Of a stretch of DNA of 64,000 nucleotides, positions 1-11,000 are shown in pieces. Numbering within the stretch: the first letter of the stretch is position 1; every line of letters begins with the position of its first letter. Origin of the DNA: an uncultured Pseudomonadota bacterium (GTDB lineage Bacteria > Pseudomonadota > Gammaproteobacteria > Natronospirales > CAVUBB01); assembly GCA_963739695.1 (NCBI GenBank), contig CAVUBB010000005.1:4342-68341 (forward strand). The letters run 5' to 3'. The notes under the pieces were generated by a model, which saw nothing but the letters and a program-made list of their open reading frames with translations, was not told where the DNA came from and ran no database searches. Both the position numbers and the translations under genes were made by a program.

Positions 1-1024
1 GGAGAAGCGGCATTTGACGTTCCAGAATTTCTCAAATCCGATATCCGCGCCAAAGCCGGATTCGGTCACGTGATAGTCGAAAAGTTTCAAGGCCGACGCG
101 GTCGGCAATGATGGAGACTCTGCCCCACGGCGATGTTGGCAAAGGGGCCGGCATGTACGAAACAAGGCTGGTATTCCGCGGTGCTCATGAGGGTGGGGTT
201 AATGGTGTTTCGCATCCAGGCGGTCATGGCGCTGCCAACTTCAAGATCCCGGTGGTAACCGGTTTGCCGCTTCTTATCGAAGGCCACGGTGATATTGTTG
301 ATGCGCTCTTTCAGGTCCGCCAGGTCCGTTGAAGACGGCCAGGATCGCCATCAACTCGGAGGAGACAGCGATGCCGAACTTGGTCTGCATCGTGTAGCCG
401 TCGATTCGTGCCGCCCAGGCCGATGATGATGTTTCGAAGGGCCTGGGCGCAGAAGTCGATGATCCAGCCCATTTCCACCTGGGTGGGGTCGATGTCCAGG
501 CGCCGCATGCCGGTAAGCCGCTGGAGCTGCTCGTCGTTATAGTTCCGTTCATGCTGCATTCTGGCGGTCATAGCCACCATGCCGAGGTTGTGGGCGTTCA
601 TGATATCGTTGATATCGCCGGTCAGCCCCAGGGAAAACTCGGTCATGGGGATCAAAAGGGAGATTCCACCGCCGGCCGCGGTTCCTTTGATGTTCATGGT
701 GGGGCCGCCGGAGGGTTGGCGCAGGGCGCCGCCCACGTCTGACCCCGCGTTTGCCGAGACCTTCGATGAGGCCCACGGACGTGGTGCTTTTCCCTCACCC
801 AGCGGGGTCGGGGTGATGGCGGTCACCTCAATGTATTTTCCATCAGGTTTGTCTTTAAGTCTGTTGATGATCTTGAGAAAGTCAATTTTTGACAGACGCC
901 CCATGGGAAGCATTTCGTCCTGCTGCAACCCGAGTGTTTCCCGCCATTGTTCCGGCGTGGGCATGTTTTTTTCCGCTTCCTCAGAAATTTGCCAGTCTTG
1001 CATATTTACCGCATCGTAAGCCAT
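1..1024 (-). pseudogene. fhs: formate--tetrahydrofolate ligase; C-terminal end runs off the window; reading frame broken at least 4-5 times (pseudogene or indel errors)
   Basis: Start MAYDAV... at 1024. FTHFS signatures are colinear but in different frames: [13 protein letters not shown] and [21 protein letters not shown] (ORF 311..1096), VGLIEGLGK (ORF 549..776), [17 protein letters not shown] (ORF 274..552), [11 protein letters not shown] (ORF 87..287), and [21 protein letters not shown] (my translation of bases 1-90). Confidence 0.8.
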
Positions 1025-1205
1025 CGATCCAAACCTCCTTAATATTTTATGGGTTAGTATTGCTCGTTCGAATAAAGCACGGCGCCGGTCATACACTGAA
1101 AAACCGCCGATTCAATTCATAAATTATGGTAATTAAGCATGAGTTTCATTTTTTGGCAAGCGTAAAATCAAGGAGTGCAAAATCAAGGAGTGTAAAATCG
1201 AGGTT

Positions 1206-3224
1206 CTAATACAACTTCCCGTGGGTCTGGTTCAGACCGTAGTAAAATCCCTTCCGGGCCATTAGTGTTTCATGTGATCCCGCCTCGATGATTCGTCCTT
1301 TTCTGACCACCAGGATACGGTTCAGCTGGCGAACCGTGGCCAGGCGGTGTGCCACAACAATGGCGGTTCTGCTCTCCATGAGATTAAAAAGGGCTTCCTG
1401 AATTTTATGCTCGGTTTGTGAATCGATGTGGGATGTGGCCTCATCCATTACGATCAGCTCCGGGTTCCGGGCAAACGCCCGGGCAATGGAAATCAGCTGC
1501 CTTTCGCCACTGGAGATGGAGGAACCCGCCTCGGTAAGCTGTGTGTCTATTCCATTGGGGACGCGGTCCACCAGATCTTTGCAATTAGATGCCGTAAGTA
1601 TGTCTACAATCTCTGATTCCGAATAGTTCTTGTTTCCCCCCAGAATGTTTTCCCTGATAGTGCCGGAAAATAGGAAGGGGTCCTGCATTACCAGCGCCAT
1701 TTTGCATAGATAGGCTTCCGGATCAAGATTGCGCATGTCACGACCGTTGACGCACACGCGCCCCGAAGTGGGATCATAGAATCGGGTGATGAGATTGATC
1801 AGGGTTGTTTTCCCGGATCCGGTGGGGCCCACGATTCCCAAGGTTTCACCCGCATCGAGGACAAATGAAATATCCTCGAGCACCGGTTCATCGGGATCAT
1901 AGGAAAACGATACGTTTTCAAAAGAGAGCCTGGAAAAAGGCTCCGATGCTGCTTCCCGCGAGTCTTGTGGTATGACATCGACACCCACAGGCGTCGGCAG
2001 ACGGTCCTTGCTGTCGAGTATCAGGAAGATCCTCTCGGCGGAGGAGAGAGCGTTTAGCACCACATTGTATTTTTCTGCCACATCCCGAATCGGACGAAAG
2101 AACATCCGGATATAGGAGATGAAGGCAACCAGATCTCCCAAACTGATGTTGTTGGACATCACCCGGCTGCCGCCATAAAATACGATGCTTGCCACGGCCG
2201 TGGACGAGAGGATTTCAATCAGCGGCATAAAGACGGCCATGAGCCTTATCTGGTCCATACCGGCTTGATAATTTTCATGGTTGAGCGTTTTAAACCGTCG
2301 ATAATTTTCATCTTCATGGAGAAAAAGCTGGATCACTTTCATGCCGCCGATGGTTTCTGAAAACCGGGTGTTTATTTCCGCTATCTTTATTCGCAGGGTT
2401 CTGAAAATCCCCCGGGCCTTTCGTGCAAAATGCATGGCGGCCATCCAGACAAAGGGCAGCACCAGGAATGAGACGATTGTCAACTCGAGGCTGATGCTTA
2501 TCAGGATGATGGTAATCCCCACCAGCAGGCAGACATCGTTGAAGATGAAAGCGATCACCGTGGTAAAAAGCTCGTGCATGTTCTGGATATCGTTGGTAAC
2601 CCGCGTTACCAGGCGTCCTACCGGATTCTTCGAGAAAAAGGATATGGAAAGCCCCTGGATATGCCTGAAGAGCGATACCCTCAGATCGTGCATAAGCATA
2701 TGGCCGGTGTATTCCATGATAACTTTTTGGGTGAAATTGAAACAGAAATCCAGGATGATCAATGCCAGAAAAACAAGCGCTAACAGACCGACACCTGAAA
2801 TGTCCCTTTTCCGCAGCAGTTTCAGGTCGCCCGGGGAGAGACGGCCAAGGGATTCAAAGGCAATGAGGGCATAGGTACCGTGAACACTGAAAAGATCCGG
2901 ATACTTCCGAACGACAGTGGCATTCTCCGGCCGTCCCAGGTCTGTTTTGTAATAGCGGCGCCCACTCTCATCGTGGTTACCCGCCAGGCCCCCGTCTTTC
3001 CGGGTCACTGTTTCCGTAACAGGAACAATGTATCGGTCGATGGCGATTTTGGTGATATACGGCAAGGCGACATTCATGATGGTGATAAGGACGACAATCA
3101 GTACCGAAAGCAGGATCTGGATCCGGTAGGGCTTTGAAAACGGCAGAAGCCGTTTGAGCAACGTCCTGTCGTGGCCCGCCCCGGATGATGAGTGTTCCTC
3201 CATGAATCCGTGCTTGTCAAGCAT
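1206..3224 (-). CDS. ABC exporter, fused permease/ATPase (MsbA/MdlB-like)
   Basis: 686-aa ORF with a TM-rich N-half. Walker A GPTGSGKTT, signature SSGERQLISIARA, Walker B LIVMDEATS. The ORF start at 3266 overlaps the upstream gene, so M15 (3224) or M22 (3203) is the more likely start. Confidence 0.85.
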   Translation of the reverse strand: MLDKHGFMEEHSSSGAGHDRTLLKRLLPFSKPYRIQILLSVLIVVLITIMNVALPYITKIAIDRYIVPVTETVTRKDGGLAGNHDESGRRYYKTDLGRPENATVVRKYPDLFSVHGTYALIAFESLGRLSPGDLKLLRKRDISGVGLLALVFLALIILDFCFNFTQKVIMEYTGHMLMHDLRVSLFRHIQGLSISFFSKNPVGRLVTRVTNDIQNMHELFTTVIAFIFNDVCLLVGITIILISISLELTIVSFLVLPFVWMAAMHFARKARGIFRTLRIKIAEINTRFSETIGGMKVIQLFLHEDENYRRFKTLNHENYQAGMDQIRLMAVFMPLIEILSSTAVASIVFYGGSRVMSNNISLGDLVAFISYIRMFFRPIRDVAEKYNVVLNALSSAERIFLILDSKDRLPTPVGVDVIPQDSREAASEPFSRLSFENVSFSYDPDEPVLEDISFVLDAGETLGIVGPTGSGKTTLINLITRFYDPTSGRVCVNGRDMRNLDPEAYLCKMALVMQDPFLFSGTIRENILGGNKNYSESEIVDILTASNCKDLVDRVPNGIDTQLTEAGSSISSGERQLISIARAFARNPELIVMDEATSHIDSQTEHKIQEALFNLMESRTAIVVAHRLATVRQLNRILVVRKGRIIEAGSHETLMARKGFYYGLNQTHGKLY

Positions 3225-5080
3225 CGAAGGCCTCTGCAATTTCCTGCATACGGTAGGTTTCGGCATAATATCCGTCGGCTGACATCAACTGATTATGCGT
3301 GCCGGATTCGACGACATGTCCGTTTTTCAGCGAAATGATCTGATCCGCAAACGTGAGTGCGCTGAGGCGATGAGACGCCATGATAACGGTTTTTTCACTG
3401 GACCTTGATCGAATAGCCTGGACAATCGCCTCCCCGGTCTGTGTGTCCACCTGGCTGATGGGGTCGTCGAGAATCAAAAGGGGGGCGTCTTTCATAAACG
3501 CTCGGGCCAGCGCAACCCGCTGCTTCTGGCCGCCGGAGAGAATGATTCCTTTTTCACCGACCACAGTATCGTATCCTTTGGGGAACGCAGTGACAGTATC
3601 ATGCAGACACGCCTCCCGGGCCGCCGGGATAAGCTCGGATACGTCACTTTCCGGACTGTTGAGAAGAATGTTGTCGCGGATGGTTCCGGCAAACAGAAAC
3701 GGCTCCTGGGGAATAAAGGCGATGTTGGCCCTCAGGTCCCGAAGTTTTAATGTCCTGATATCGTTTCCGTCCAGAAAGATGCCGCCCTCGGTGACGTCAT
3801 AGAGCCGGGGGATCAAACCCAGAAGCGCCGATTTCCCGCTGCCGGGAGGCCCGACTATGCCAAGGATGCCTCCTGGTTTCACATGGAAGTCGATTTCGGA
3901 CAGAACCGGGGCGCTTTGACCGGAGGTGATTCCATAGGCGAAGGAGACATGGCGAAACTCGATGCCTCCCCCGGCACGTCCTACCGGTCGGGCATCGGCA
4001 GTATCCGTGATGCGGGGGCAGGTATCAAAAATTTTCTGTAACCTGTCGAGGGAGGCTTTCCCGCGCTGGATCAGGTTGGAAACCCAGCCCATTGCCATCA
4101 TGGGCCAGGTAAGCAGGCCCAGGTAGCTGATAAAAGCAACGAAATCGCCCGGCGTGATGTCGACGGTGATGGTCTGTTTCCCCCCGAGGTACAGCACCAC
4201 GGCGTTGCTCAGGTTTGTAAAAAAAACCATCATGGGGAAAAAGGCACCGAGAATTTTCGCAAGCGCCAGATTGCTCGTAATATATCGCCTTGAAACTTCA
4301 GCCACCTTTTCGGCTTCAAGCGCTTCCCGGCGATGGGCCTTGATCAGACGTATACCGGCAAATCGCTCCCGAACCGATTCGGTCAGTTCCGAAAAGTCGC
4401 CCTGGACCCTTCCGTAGAGCCGATGCATCCGTTTGCTGAAATATCGTGCGCCGAAAACAATAAAAGGAGCCGGAATCATGGCGAAAAGTGTCAGACGGAC
4501 ATTGATATAGGCCATGAAGCCCACCGTCGCACTTCCCAGAACAATGGCATCCGTGAGGGCCACCAGCCCCATCCCGATGGCCATTCTAATATTCATCAGG
4601 TCATTTGTGGCGTGTGCCATAAGATCCCCGGTAGTGACAGTGTCAAAATAACCGGGGGAAAGAGTCTGCAGATGTTTAAAAAGCCGGTTGCGAAGCCCTT
4701 CTTCCACCCGCCGGGATGTACCGATGAGGCAGCGTCGCCATCCGAACCGGAAGCATCCGATCAAAATACCGACCAGAAGAATTTCAACCCCGTATACGAG
4801 CAGCGTCCGCCAGTCTACTTTTAAGACGGTAAGGTCATCCACGGCCTGCTTGATGATCCTGGGGAATCATCAGTTGCATAAAGTCCACCAAGATCAGGCA
4901 AAGCAAACCGATGGCAATGAACAGCCTGAGTTCAACAAGGTATGGTTTGATAAGATGAAGTGCTTTCAAGGGAATATATTCAGTATCTGTAGCTCCGTTG
5001 CCGGAGGACAGTTCGCGTTTCAGGTTTAAACCGCCAGGCCCGATTTTTTTCACTATGTCGGATGTGGAAAGAACCGTCAA
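3217..5080 (-). pseudogene. ABC exporter, fused permease/ATPase (MdlA-like), one frameshift near 4840-4860
   Basis: ORF 3217..4842 has Walker A GPPGSGKS, LSGGQKQRVALARAF and Walker B LLILDDP. The missing N-terminal TM1 (LKALHLIKPYLVELRLFIAIGLLCLILVDFMQLMIP) lies in ORF 4835..5080 in another frame. Confidence 0.75.
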
Positions 5081-5287
5081 TAGACAATTGCCTGACCAAA
5101 GGGGAACCGCATTTGGATTTGGTGGTTTGCGTTAAAAAATGCCATGTGCGAATGCGTTTGTCACGGCATGCCCCGTCAAGCCGAACGGCGATGCTGTTGA
5201 AAAACGTTTGATTTGGCATGGAAATAATATATGGTTCAGGCTGATTTTGAATAACCAGCTCTAATCATAATCAAACAAAGGGGTATC

Positions 5288-5938
5288 ATGGAAAAACAGT
5301 TTGTAGTGGATGACTTCAAGTTGGATGAATCGTGGCGAATTTTTAAAATTATCGGCGAGTTTGTGGAGGGTGTGGAGGCGCTTCATGAAATCGGCCCCGC
5401 AGTCAGCATCTTCGGTTCGGCCAGAACAAAGCCTGAAGACCCATATTATAAAATCGCCGAACAAACAGCGGCACTGTTTGTAAAGGCCAACTTCGCGGTC
5501 ATCACGGGCGGTGGCGGCGGGATCATGGAGGCTGCCAACAAAGGCGCCAGGGATGCCGGCGGCAGGTCGGTGGGGATGAACATCATCCTCCCATTCGAAC
5601 AGCAGCCCAACCCCTACGCCAATGTCAAAGTGGAATTTAATTACTTTTTCATTCGAAAAGTCATGTTCGTCAAGTATGCCATGGCTTATATCATCATGCC
5701 CGGAGGCATGGGAACCCTGGACGAGATGTTCGAAGCGGTCACCCTGATTCAGACCAGACGAATCCGCCCGTTTCCCCTGATTCTGGTGGGCTCCGACTAC
5801 TGGAAGGGTCTCATTGATTGGATCAAAGACCGACTTCTCCAAAACCGTATGATTTCTCCCGAAGACATGGACATCTTTCAAATCATCGATACACCTGAGG
5901 AGATCGTAAAAACGGTTCGGAGGACAATTGTACTCTAG
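5288..5938 (+). CDS. LOG family protein (TIGR00730-type lysine-decarboxylase-like / cytokinin riboside 5'-monophosphate phosphoribohydrolase family)
   Basis: 216 aa with VITGGGGGIMEAANKGA and IIMPGGMGTLDE (PGGxGTxxE) motifs. Confidence 0.9.
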   Translation: MEKQFVVDDFKLDESWRIFKIIGEFVEGVEALHEIGPAVSIFGSARTKPEDPYYKIAEQTAALFVKANFAVITGGGGGIMEAANKGARDAGGRSVGMNIILPFEQQPNPYANVKVEFNYFFIRKVMFVKYAMAYIIMPGGMGTLDEMFEAVTLIQTRRIRPFPLILVGSDYWKGLIDWIKDRLLQNRMISPEDMDIFQIIDTPEEIVKTVRRTIVL

Positions 5939-6080
5939 AGCCAGCTTCAAAACGCCCCATTTGGGCCGATCTCTGCGTTGGGCTCAAATTTCAATCCTCG
6001 AAATACGCTTAGTATGTCTGTGGTTGAAATTATCGCCCGCCTTGAGCTTGACCAAACTGAAACATTTTGAAACTGGCTCT
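5937..6080. repeat. 144-bp MITE-like element with ~18-bp terminal inverted repeats, copy 1
   Basis: AGAGCCAGCTTCAAAACG...CATTTTGAAACTGGCTCT. It exactly fills the gap between the convergent LOG and beta-CASP genes. It is about 85-90% identical (by eye) to the reverse complement of 26161..26304. Confidence 0.8.
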
Positions 6081-7658
6081 CTATATATGGATTGCCTCCC
6101 CCGCCCGCGGGGCCATGGCCGAAAAGCCTTCCGTTTTAAGAAAATCCATAAAAGCAAGGGTCTGTTCTTCTTCTCCATGGACCACTGCGATTTTCTTGAT
6201 ATCCAGATTCGATTCCTTTAAGAACCGAACCATTTCCGTTCGGTCCGCATGTGCGCTGAAGCCACCGAGTTGAACCACCTTGGCGCGAACGGGGTAGAGT
6301 TTGTTGAGAATCCTGACTTCCGGTTCCAACCCGTCACCGCCACCTGTCGATTGCTGTGTGCCGATCTCCAGGATCCTGCGTCCCAGGGTATGCTCCGCCA
6401 TGAATCCCACGATTAGAATCGTATTTTTCGGATTATGAATTTTATACCGAAGGTGATGAAGGATCCGCCCGGCCTCGCACATACCTGAGGCGGAGATGAC
6501 GATGTGGGGTCTTTCATCCCGCATGAGCGCCATGGACTCCTCCACCGTCGACACATACTGAATCTGACCGAAAGCAAAGGGGTTTTCACCTTTTTTCAGA
6601 AATGCCTCGTGGGCTTCCTGGTCGAAAACCTCTTCATGCTCACCGAATACGCGGGTAATTTTAGTGGCCAGCGGGCTGTCTATGTAAATGGGGACTTTGG
6701 GCACCTCATTTGCGTTGTACAGCTCGTGGATCATGTAGATGAGTTCCTGGGTCCGGCCGTACGCAAATGCCGGGATAACCACGGTACCTCCCCTTTCGAC
6801 GGTTTCGCGGATCACCTTCTTGAGCTGACCCGGAATATCCTGTACCGGCTCATGGAACCGGTTCCCGTAGGTACTTTCCATAATCAGCAGATCCACAGGC
6901 AACGGGCGGTTCTCGAAAATCAATGTGGGATCTTCAAGTATGGGTTTGTCGAACCGACCGAGATCTCCCGTGTAGCATACGGTTAGCGGCCTTCCATTTT
7001 CCATGGCCTGAATAATCGTAATGGCGGATCCTAGGATATGGCCCGCATCATAGAAAGTCGCCGTCATGTCCTTCCCGATGGTCACCGGGTGCCGATATGG
7101 GTAGCCGTCGAAATATTCCAGGGAGTCTTCGGCATCCTTGACAGTGTAGAGCGGCTCTATCTGCTCCAGGTGATGTTCCTTCATCAGGCGGTTTATCGTT
7201 TCCGCATCCGGCCGTCTGTCGTCCTTCCGAAGCATTTTCTGGATCCGCTTTGCTTCCGCATTCGACAGGGCGCCGGTTTTCCTCGAACTGCGCAACTGAT
7301 GTAGAAAGCCGCGGACCGTTTTGTAATTCAAGTACTGTGCATCCGATTCCTGGATGTGCCCTGCATCAAGAAGCAGATACTCGCAGGCGGCTGCGGTGAC
7401 ACGGGTACAAATGATTCGCCCCATGAAATTCTTCTTGGTCAACAAGGGAATACGCCCGGAATGATCGATATGGGCGTGGGACAGCACGACGTTCGTTATA
7501 ACGCCCGGATCAATTGGAAATATGCGGTTTTTTTCAGCGCTCTCTTTCCGTCGCCCTTGAAACATGCCGCAATCCAGAAGAATCTTGTCCGAATTGATGC
7601 TCAGCAAATGCATGGAGCCGGTAACTTCCCTAACACCGCCGTAAGATGTGATCTGCAT
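6081..7658 (-). CDS. MBL-fold metallo-hydrolase, beta-CASP RNA-processing nuclease family
   Basis: 525 aa. N-terminus LLDCGMFQG...VVLSHAHIDHSGRIPLL (HxHxDH motif). Length and C-terminal region fit beta-CASP/RNA-specificity domain proteins. Confidence 0.9.
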   Translation of the reverse strand: MQITSYGGVREVTGSMHLLSINSDKILLDCGMFQGRRKESAEKNRIFPIDPGVITNVVLSHAHIDHSGRIPLLTKKNFMGRIICTRVTAAACEYLLLDAGHIQESDAQYLNYKTVRGFLHQLRSSRKTGALSNAEAKRIQKMLRKDDRRPDAETINRLMKEHHLEQIEPLYTVKDAEDSLEYFDGYPYRHPVTIGKDMTATFYDAGHILGSAITIIQAMENGRPLTVCYTGDLGRFDKPILEDPTLIFENRPLPVDLLIMESTYGNRFHEPVQDIPGQLKKVIRETVERGGTVVIPAFAYGRTQELIYMIHELYNANEVPKVPIYIDSPLATKITRVFGEHEEVFDQEAHEAFLKKGENPFAFGQIQYVSTVEESMALMRDERPHIVISASGMCEAGRILHHLRYKIHNPKNTILIVGFMAEHTLGRRILEIGTQQSTGGGDGLEPEVRILNKLYPVRAKVVQLGGFSAHADRTEMVRFLKESNLDIKKIAVVHGEEEQTLAFMDFLKTEGFSAMAPRAGEAIHI

Positions 7659-7926
7659 TCATTTTCTCCTTTAAGCCGTATCTTCTTTGCCGTTGTACCT
7701 CAGCGCAGTTCTCTCGGGCCGATTCATAAATGACCTATCAACTCATGTTTCGTCAAGTCAAGGAATATTTAACCCAATACCTCACGGATTTTTGTGGCCA
7801 GGTCCTTTTTGGTGAAGGGTTTTTGAAGAAAGATATTTCTCTGACGGGGGTTGAAACAGCAGCTCTTTGAAGATTGATGACGGCTTTTATCCTGCTCACT
7901 ATGCTCTCCCATCGTCCTGAATGTAA

Positions 7927-8772
7927 TCAGACGGCATCGATAGCATTAATCTTCTGAAATAAAAGTATAATCCCACGTCCCATGAAGCTGCCTGAAAGAG
8001 GTGCACACTGAATCTTGCACGCAATACTCCCTAAAGGGCTTGAATCGAAGTAACTGCAGCTTTGATCCGATAGTGCCTGGATTATGTGCCGCGTGACATC
8101 CGCAGGGAAATAATCGTCAATAAGCCTGCCGACCTCAAATCTGAATGCATTTTTAAACATATCATCCAGCGCGTAATTGGTCATTGCGATCATACCGTCG
8201 GAGCTGACCCCGAGAATTGGTATCGGAATATCATTAAGAATAGCCCTTGAGAGCTCAAGTGCCTGGTTCCGTATCATAATCTCTTCGGTTCGCTGTTTTA
8301 CAAGACTTTCCAGGTGATCGTTCAGATGCTTGAGTTCTTCGTTCTTGGCCATTACCTTTTTATTTAACTCCCGGTTGGCACTGATCAATTCATATTGAAT
8401 AAACGCATGCCGAATTTCCAGGATCAAGTTATCGTCATTCCAGGGTTTCAGCAGGAACTTAAAAATATGTCCCTGATTGACCGCTTCTCGAATCGTATCG
8501 ATATCGGTATACCCGGTTAAAGTAATTCGGATAATATCCGGGTAAATATCCATCAGTTTTTTCAGGAATGTTATGCCATCCATATTGGGCATGCGCTGAT
8601 CGCATATAACCACCTGTATCTCTTCTCTGGATAGGATCTCAAATCCCTCCTCCGCACTAACCGCCGTGAACAGACGATAGCCTTCTTTGCGAAGCAACCG
8701 CTTGAGCGCATTGAGGATACTCACTTCGTCATCCACACATAGCAGTGCCGGCCGGCTACCTTCCATTATCAT
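7927..8772 (-). CDS. response regulator (REC) with coiled-coil and PAS-like C-terminal domain
   Basis: LLCVDDEVSILNAL...VVICDQRMPNMDG...LTGYTD...KFLLKPW receiver signature. No recognisable output enzyme domain. Confidence 0.8.
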   Translation of the reverse strand: MIMEGSRPALLCVDDEVSILNALKRLLRKEGYRLFTAVSAEEGFEILSREEIQVVICDQRMPNMDGITFLKKLMDIYPDIIRITLTGYTDIDTIREAVNQGHIFKFLLKPWNDDNLILEIRHAFIQYELISANRELNKKVMAKNEELKHLNDHLESLVKQRTEEIMIRNQALELSRAILNDIPIPILGVSSDGMIAMTNYALDDMFKNAFRFEVGRLIDDYFPADVTRHIIQALSDQSCSYFDSSPLGSIACKIQCAPLSGSFMGRGIILLFQKINAIDAV

Positions 8773-8846
8773 CTCTCTCCATCAGGAAAAGGCATGCGCT
8801 TTCAATTTCATTCTTGGCTGGGGCCACCATTCGTCCCTGTTGTCGA

Positions 8847-9614
8847 TCAGCATCCGCAAGGTATCCATGTATTTGGACCGAGGCAGGTGAATTCGATGAT
8901 CAATTGAATCATCAAGCGTTTCGCCGGCAAGCATCTCTTCTGCACAATATACGATGCATGCCAGGGATAGGCATCAAATTCAAAAATACCATGGGAGTAA
9001 TGAACAGCATCGCATATTAGCGCCGGCAGCCGCCACCGCCTGGCAAGATGGGCACCGATCTCATTGTGATGAACCGGCACAACATCAATCTCCGAATCGT
9101 AGAAAGGCCTTCCGAAGTCCTTTTTTTCCAGGATCTTGACAAATTGATCGGGAAAATATTTTGCCAAAACCAGTTTGCCGATATCATGGATAAGTCCTGC
9201 GGTAAATGCATCTTCAGGCGCTCCCAGATGTGACGATCGCGCAAAAAGCTTGCTGACAACCGCACAGGAAATGGCATGCCGCCAAAACGAGCTGAAATCG
9301 ACCCGCTCGTTGCGAGCCCCCTTCATGGCCTTTAAAATTGAAACTGAAACCAGAGCATTTCTGACTGTGTTAAAACCCAGGATCACCACCGCCCTGGATA
9401 TGGTACTCACTTGTTTTTCCAGGCCGAAAAAGGAGGAGTTGACCAACCGGAGCATCTTTGAGGCAACCGCCTGGTCCTTTCTAATGATGTTGCTGACCTG
9501 GCTGATGGTCGCACCCGGATTATCCAGAAGTCTGTTTATCTCCAGGGCAACCTGCGGTAAGGTAGGCAGATCACGGATGGCATCGATTTTTTTCAAAAAC
9601 GCAACTTTTTTCAC
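8847..9614 (-). CDS. HDOD domain protein
   Basis: LPTLPQVALEINRLLDNPGATISQVSNIIRKDQAVASKMLRLVNSSFFG...ILGFNTVRNALVS...IHDIGKLVL is typical of HDOD. Confidence 0.8.
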   Translation of the reverse strand: MKKVAFLKKIDAIRDLPTLPQVALEINRLLDNPGATISQVSNIIRKDQAVASKMLRLVNSSFFGLEKQVSTISRAVVILGFNTVRNALVSVSILKAMKGARNERVDFSSFWRHAISCAVVSKLFARSSHLGAPEDAFTAGLIHDIGKLVLAKYFPDQFVKILEKKDFGRPFYDSEIDVVPVHHNEIGAHLARRWRLPALICDAVHYSHGIFEFDAYPWHASYIVQKRCLPAKRLMIQLIIEFTCLGPNTWIPCGC

Positions 9615-9740
9615 TTCATCACCCTTTGATTTGAACAGGAATAGCGCTGGATATCATATTCACCTGCCTGATTTTCCGGATCGCCCGGATGGTTGATGCA
9701 TCCAGCACCGTTGATTGCGCCAGAAGCATTCTCCCGTCAT

Positions 9741-11000
9741 TCATAAACAGGTCCTGGGGAAGAACCATCCCGGGCTTAAGGTTTTCAATTGGAACCAAAC
9801 CATATGTCTCTTCCGAAACAGTGCCCGACAGTTTTTCGAGGATGCTTTTAAAGCGCCAACAACTGCCGCATCATATTTCTTACGGGTTCCCTCCATCAGA
9901 ATTTTTTCGGCTGCAATCCGAAGCAGTTCATCGATGCTGCCCACACAGGTCATATCGAAAGGTATCCCGTAATGAGTCTGCATTTTTTCCTGAATTTCCT
10001 GTTTGCCTTTGGGCCAGAAATACATAACCCGGCAGTAATCCGAAACAGCTCCAATGATTAGGGATCCAGCAGGTATTTCTTCTATTTTCAACCCGTCCGG
10101 GAAGCCCTTCCCATCATATCGTTCGTGATGATGAAGAACAATCTCACATGTTTCGGCAAGTCTGTCTACAGTTTCCAGGCTGATGGCGGCAAATACCGGA
10201 TGTTTCCGGTATCGCCTCAATTCGTCCCCGGTCAGTTCATTTTCGGACTTACGGAGAAAATGCTCTGGAAGTCCGAACATGCCGATATCATGAAGCTGCC
10301 CGGCGATTTCAATCATTCCCACCTCCTTTTCGGGCAACCCCATTTCAATGGCGACGCTTTTCGCGAGTCTTCCCACATGACGCATGTATTGACCCATGGT
10401 GCCGTTTGTTGCTTCAACGAGTGATAGTACAAGACGAACGGTATTTAGAAAACTCCCTTCCAACTTCCGGTTCAGGACTTCCAGATTGATATTGCTCTCT
10501 TTAAGCTTTCGTGTCCGTTCCCTGACTTTTTTTTCAAGCGACACTCCGAGTTCATATAACTGCTTGTTTTGACGCTTTATAAGCCGGGTTAGTCGTTCAT
10601 TTTCCCGGCGCAGTTCCACCTCATCGATCGCCTGCCGCACTTGAAGAAGCAATGCCTCACCATTCCAAGGCTTTGTCAGGTAGCGATGAATTTTCCCCTT
10701 ATTGACGGCATCAACCACGGCCTGCAGATCGGAATACCCGGTCAGAAGGAACCTGATCGCATCGGGCGCCGTTTTGCTCGCCTGTTCGAGAAACTGAGAG
10801 CCGCTCATCCCCGGCATGCGTTGATCGGAAATAATGAGGGAAAACGGTTCCGTCGCTTCTCCAAGCTTGATTAATCCATCGGCGCCGTTGTCGCACATGT
10901 CGATACGATAGCCCTCCTTCCTGAACAAACGATACAGGGACTTGGTGATAGCGGGATCATCATCAACCAGAAGGATGCGATGCGGCTGAACCTCCGTCAT
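9741..11000 (-). CDS. response regulator with HD-GYP domain (RpfG-like c-di-GMP phosphodiesterase)
   Basis: REC: ILLVDDDPAI...IISDQRMPGMSG...KPW. HD-GYP: QLHDIGMFGLP...HHHERYDGKGFPDGL. Confidence 0.85.
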   Translation of the reverse strand: MTEVQPHRILLVDDDPAITKSLYRLFRKEGYRIDMCDNGADGLIKLGEATEPFSLIISDQRMPGMSGSQFLEQASKTAPDAIRFLLTGYSDLQAVVDAVNKGKIHRYLTKPWNGEALLLQVRQAIDEVELRRENERLTRLIKRQNKQLYELGVSLEKKVRERTRKLKESNINLEVLNRKLEGSFLNTVRLVLSLVEATNGTMGQYMRHVGRLAKSVAIEMGLPEKEVGMIEIAGQLHDIGMFGLPEHFLRKSENELTGDELRRYRKHPVFAAISLETVDRLAETCEIVLHHHERYDGKGFPDGLKIEEIPAGSLIIGAVSDYCRVMYFWPKGKQEIQEKMQTHYGIPFDMTCVGSIDELLRIAAEKILMEGTRKKYDAAVVGALKASSKNCRALFRKRHMVWFQLKTLSPGWFFPRTCL

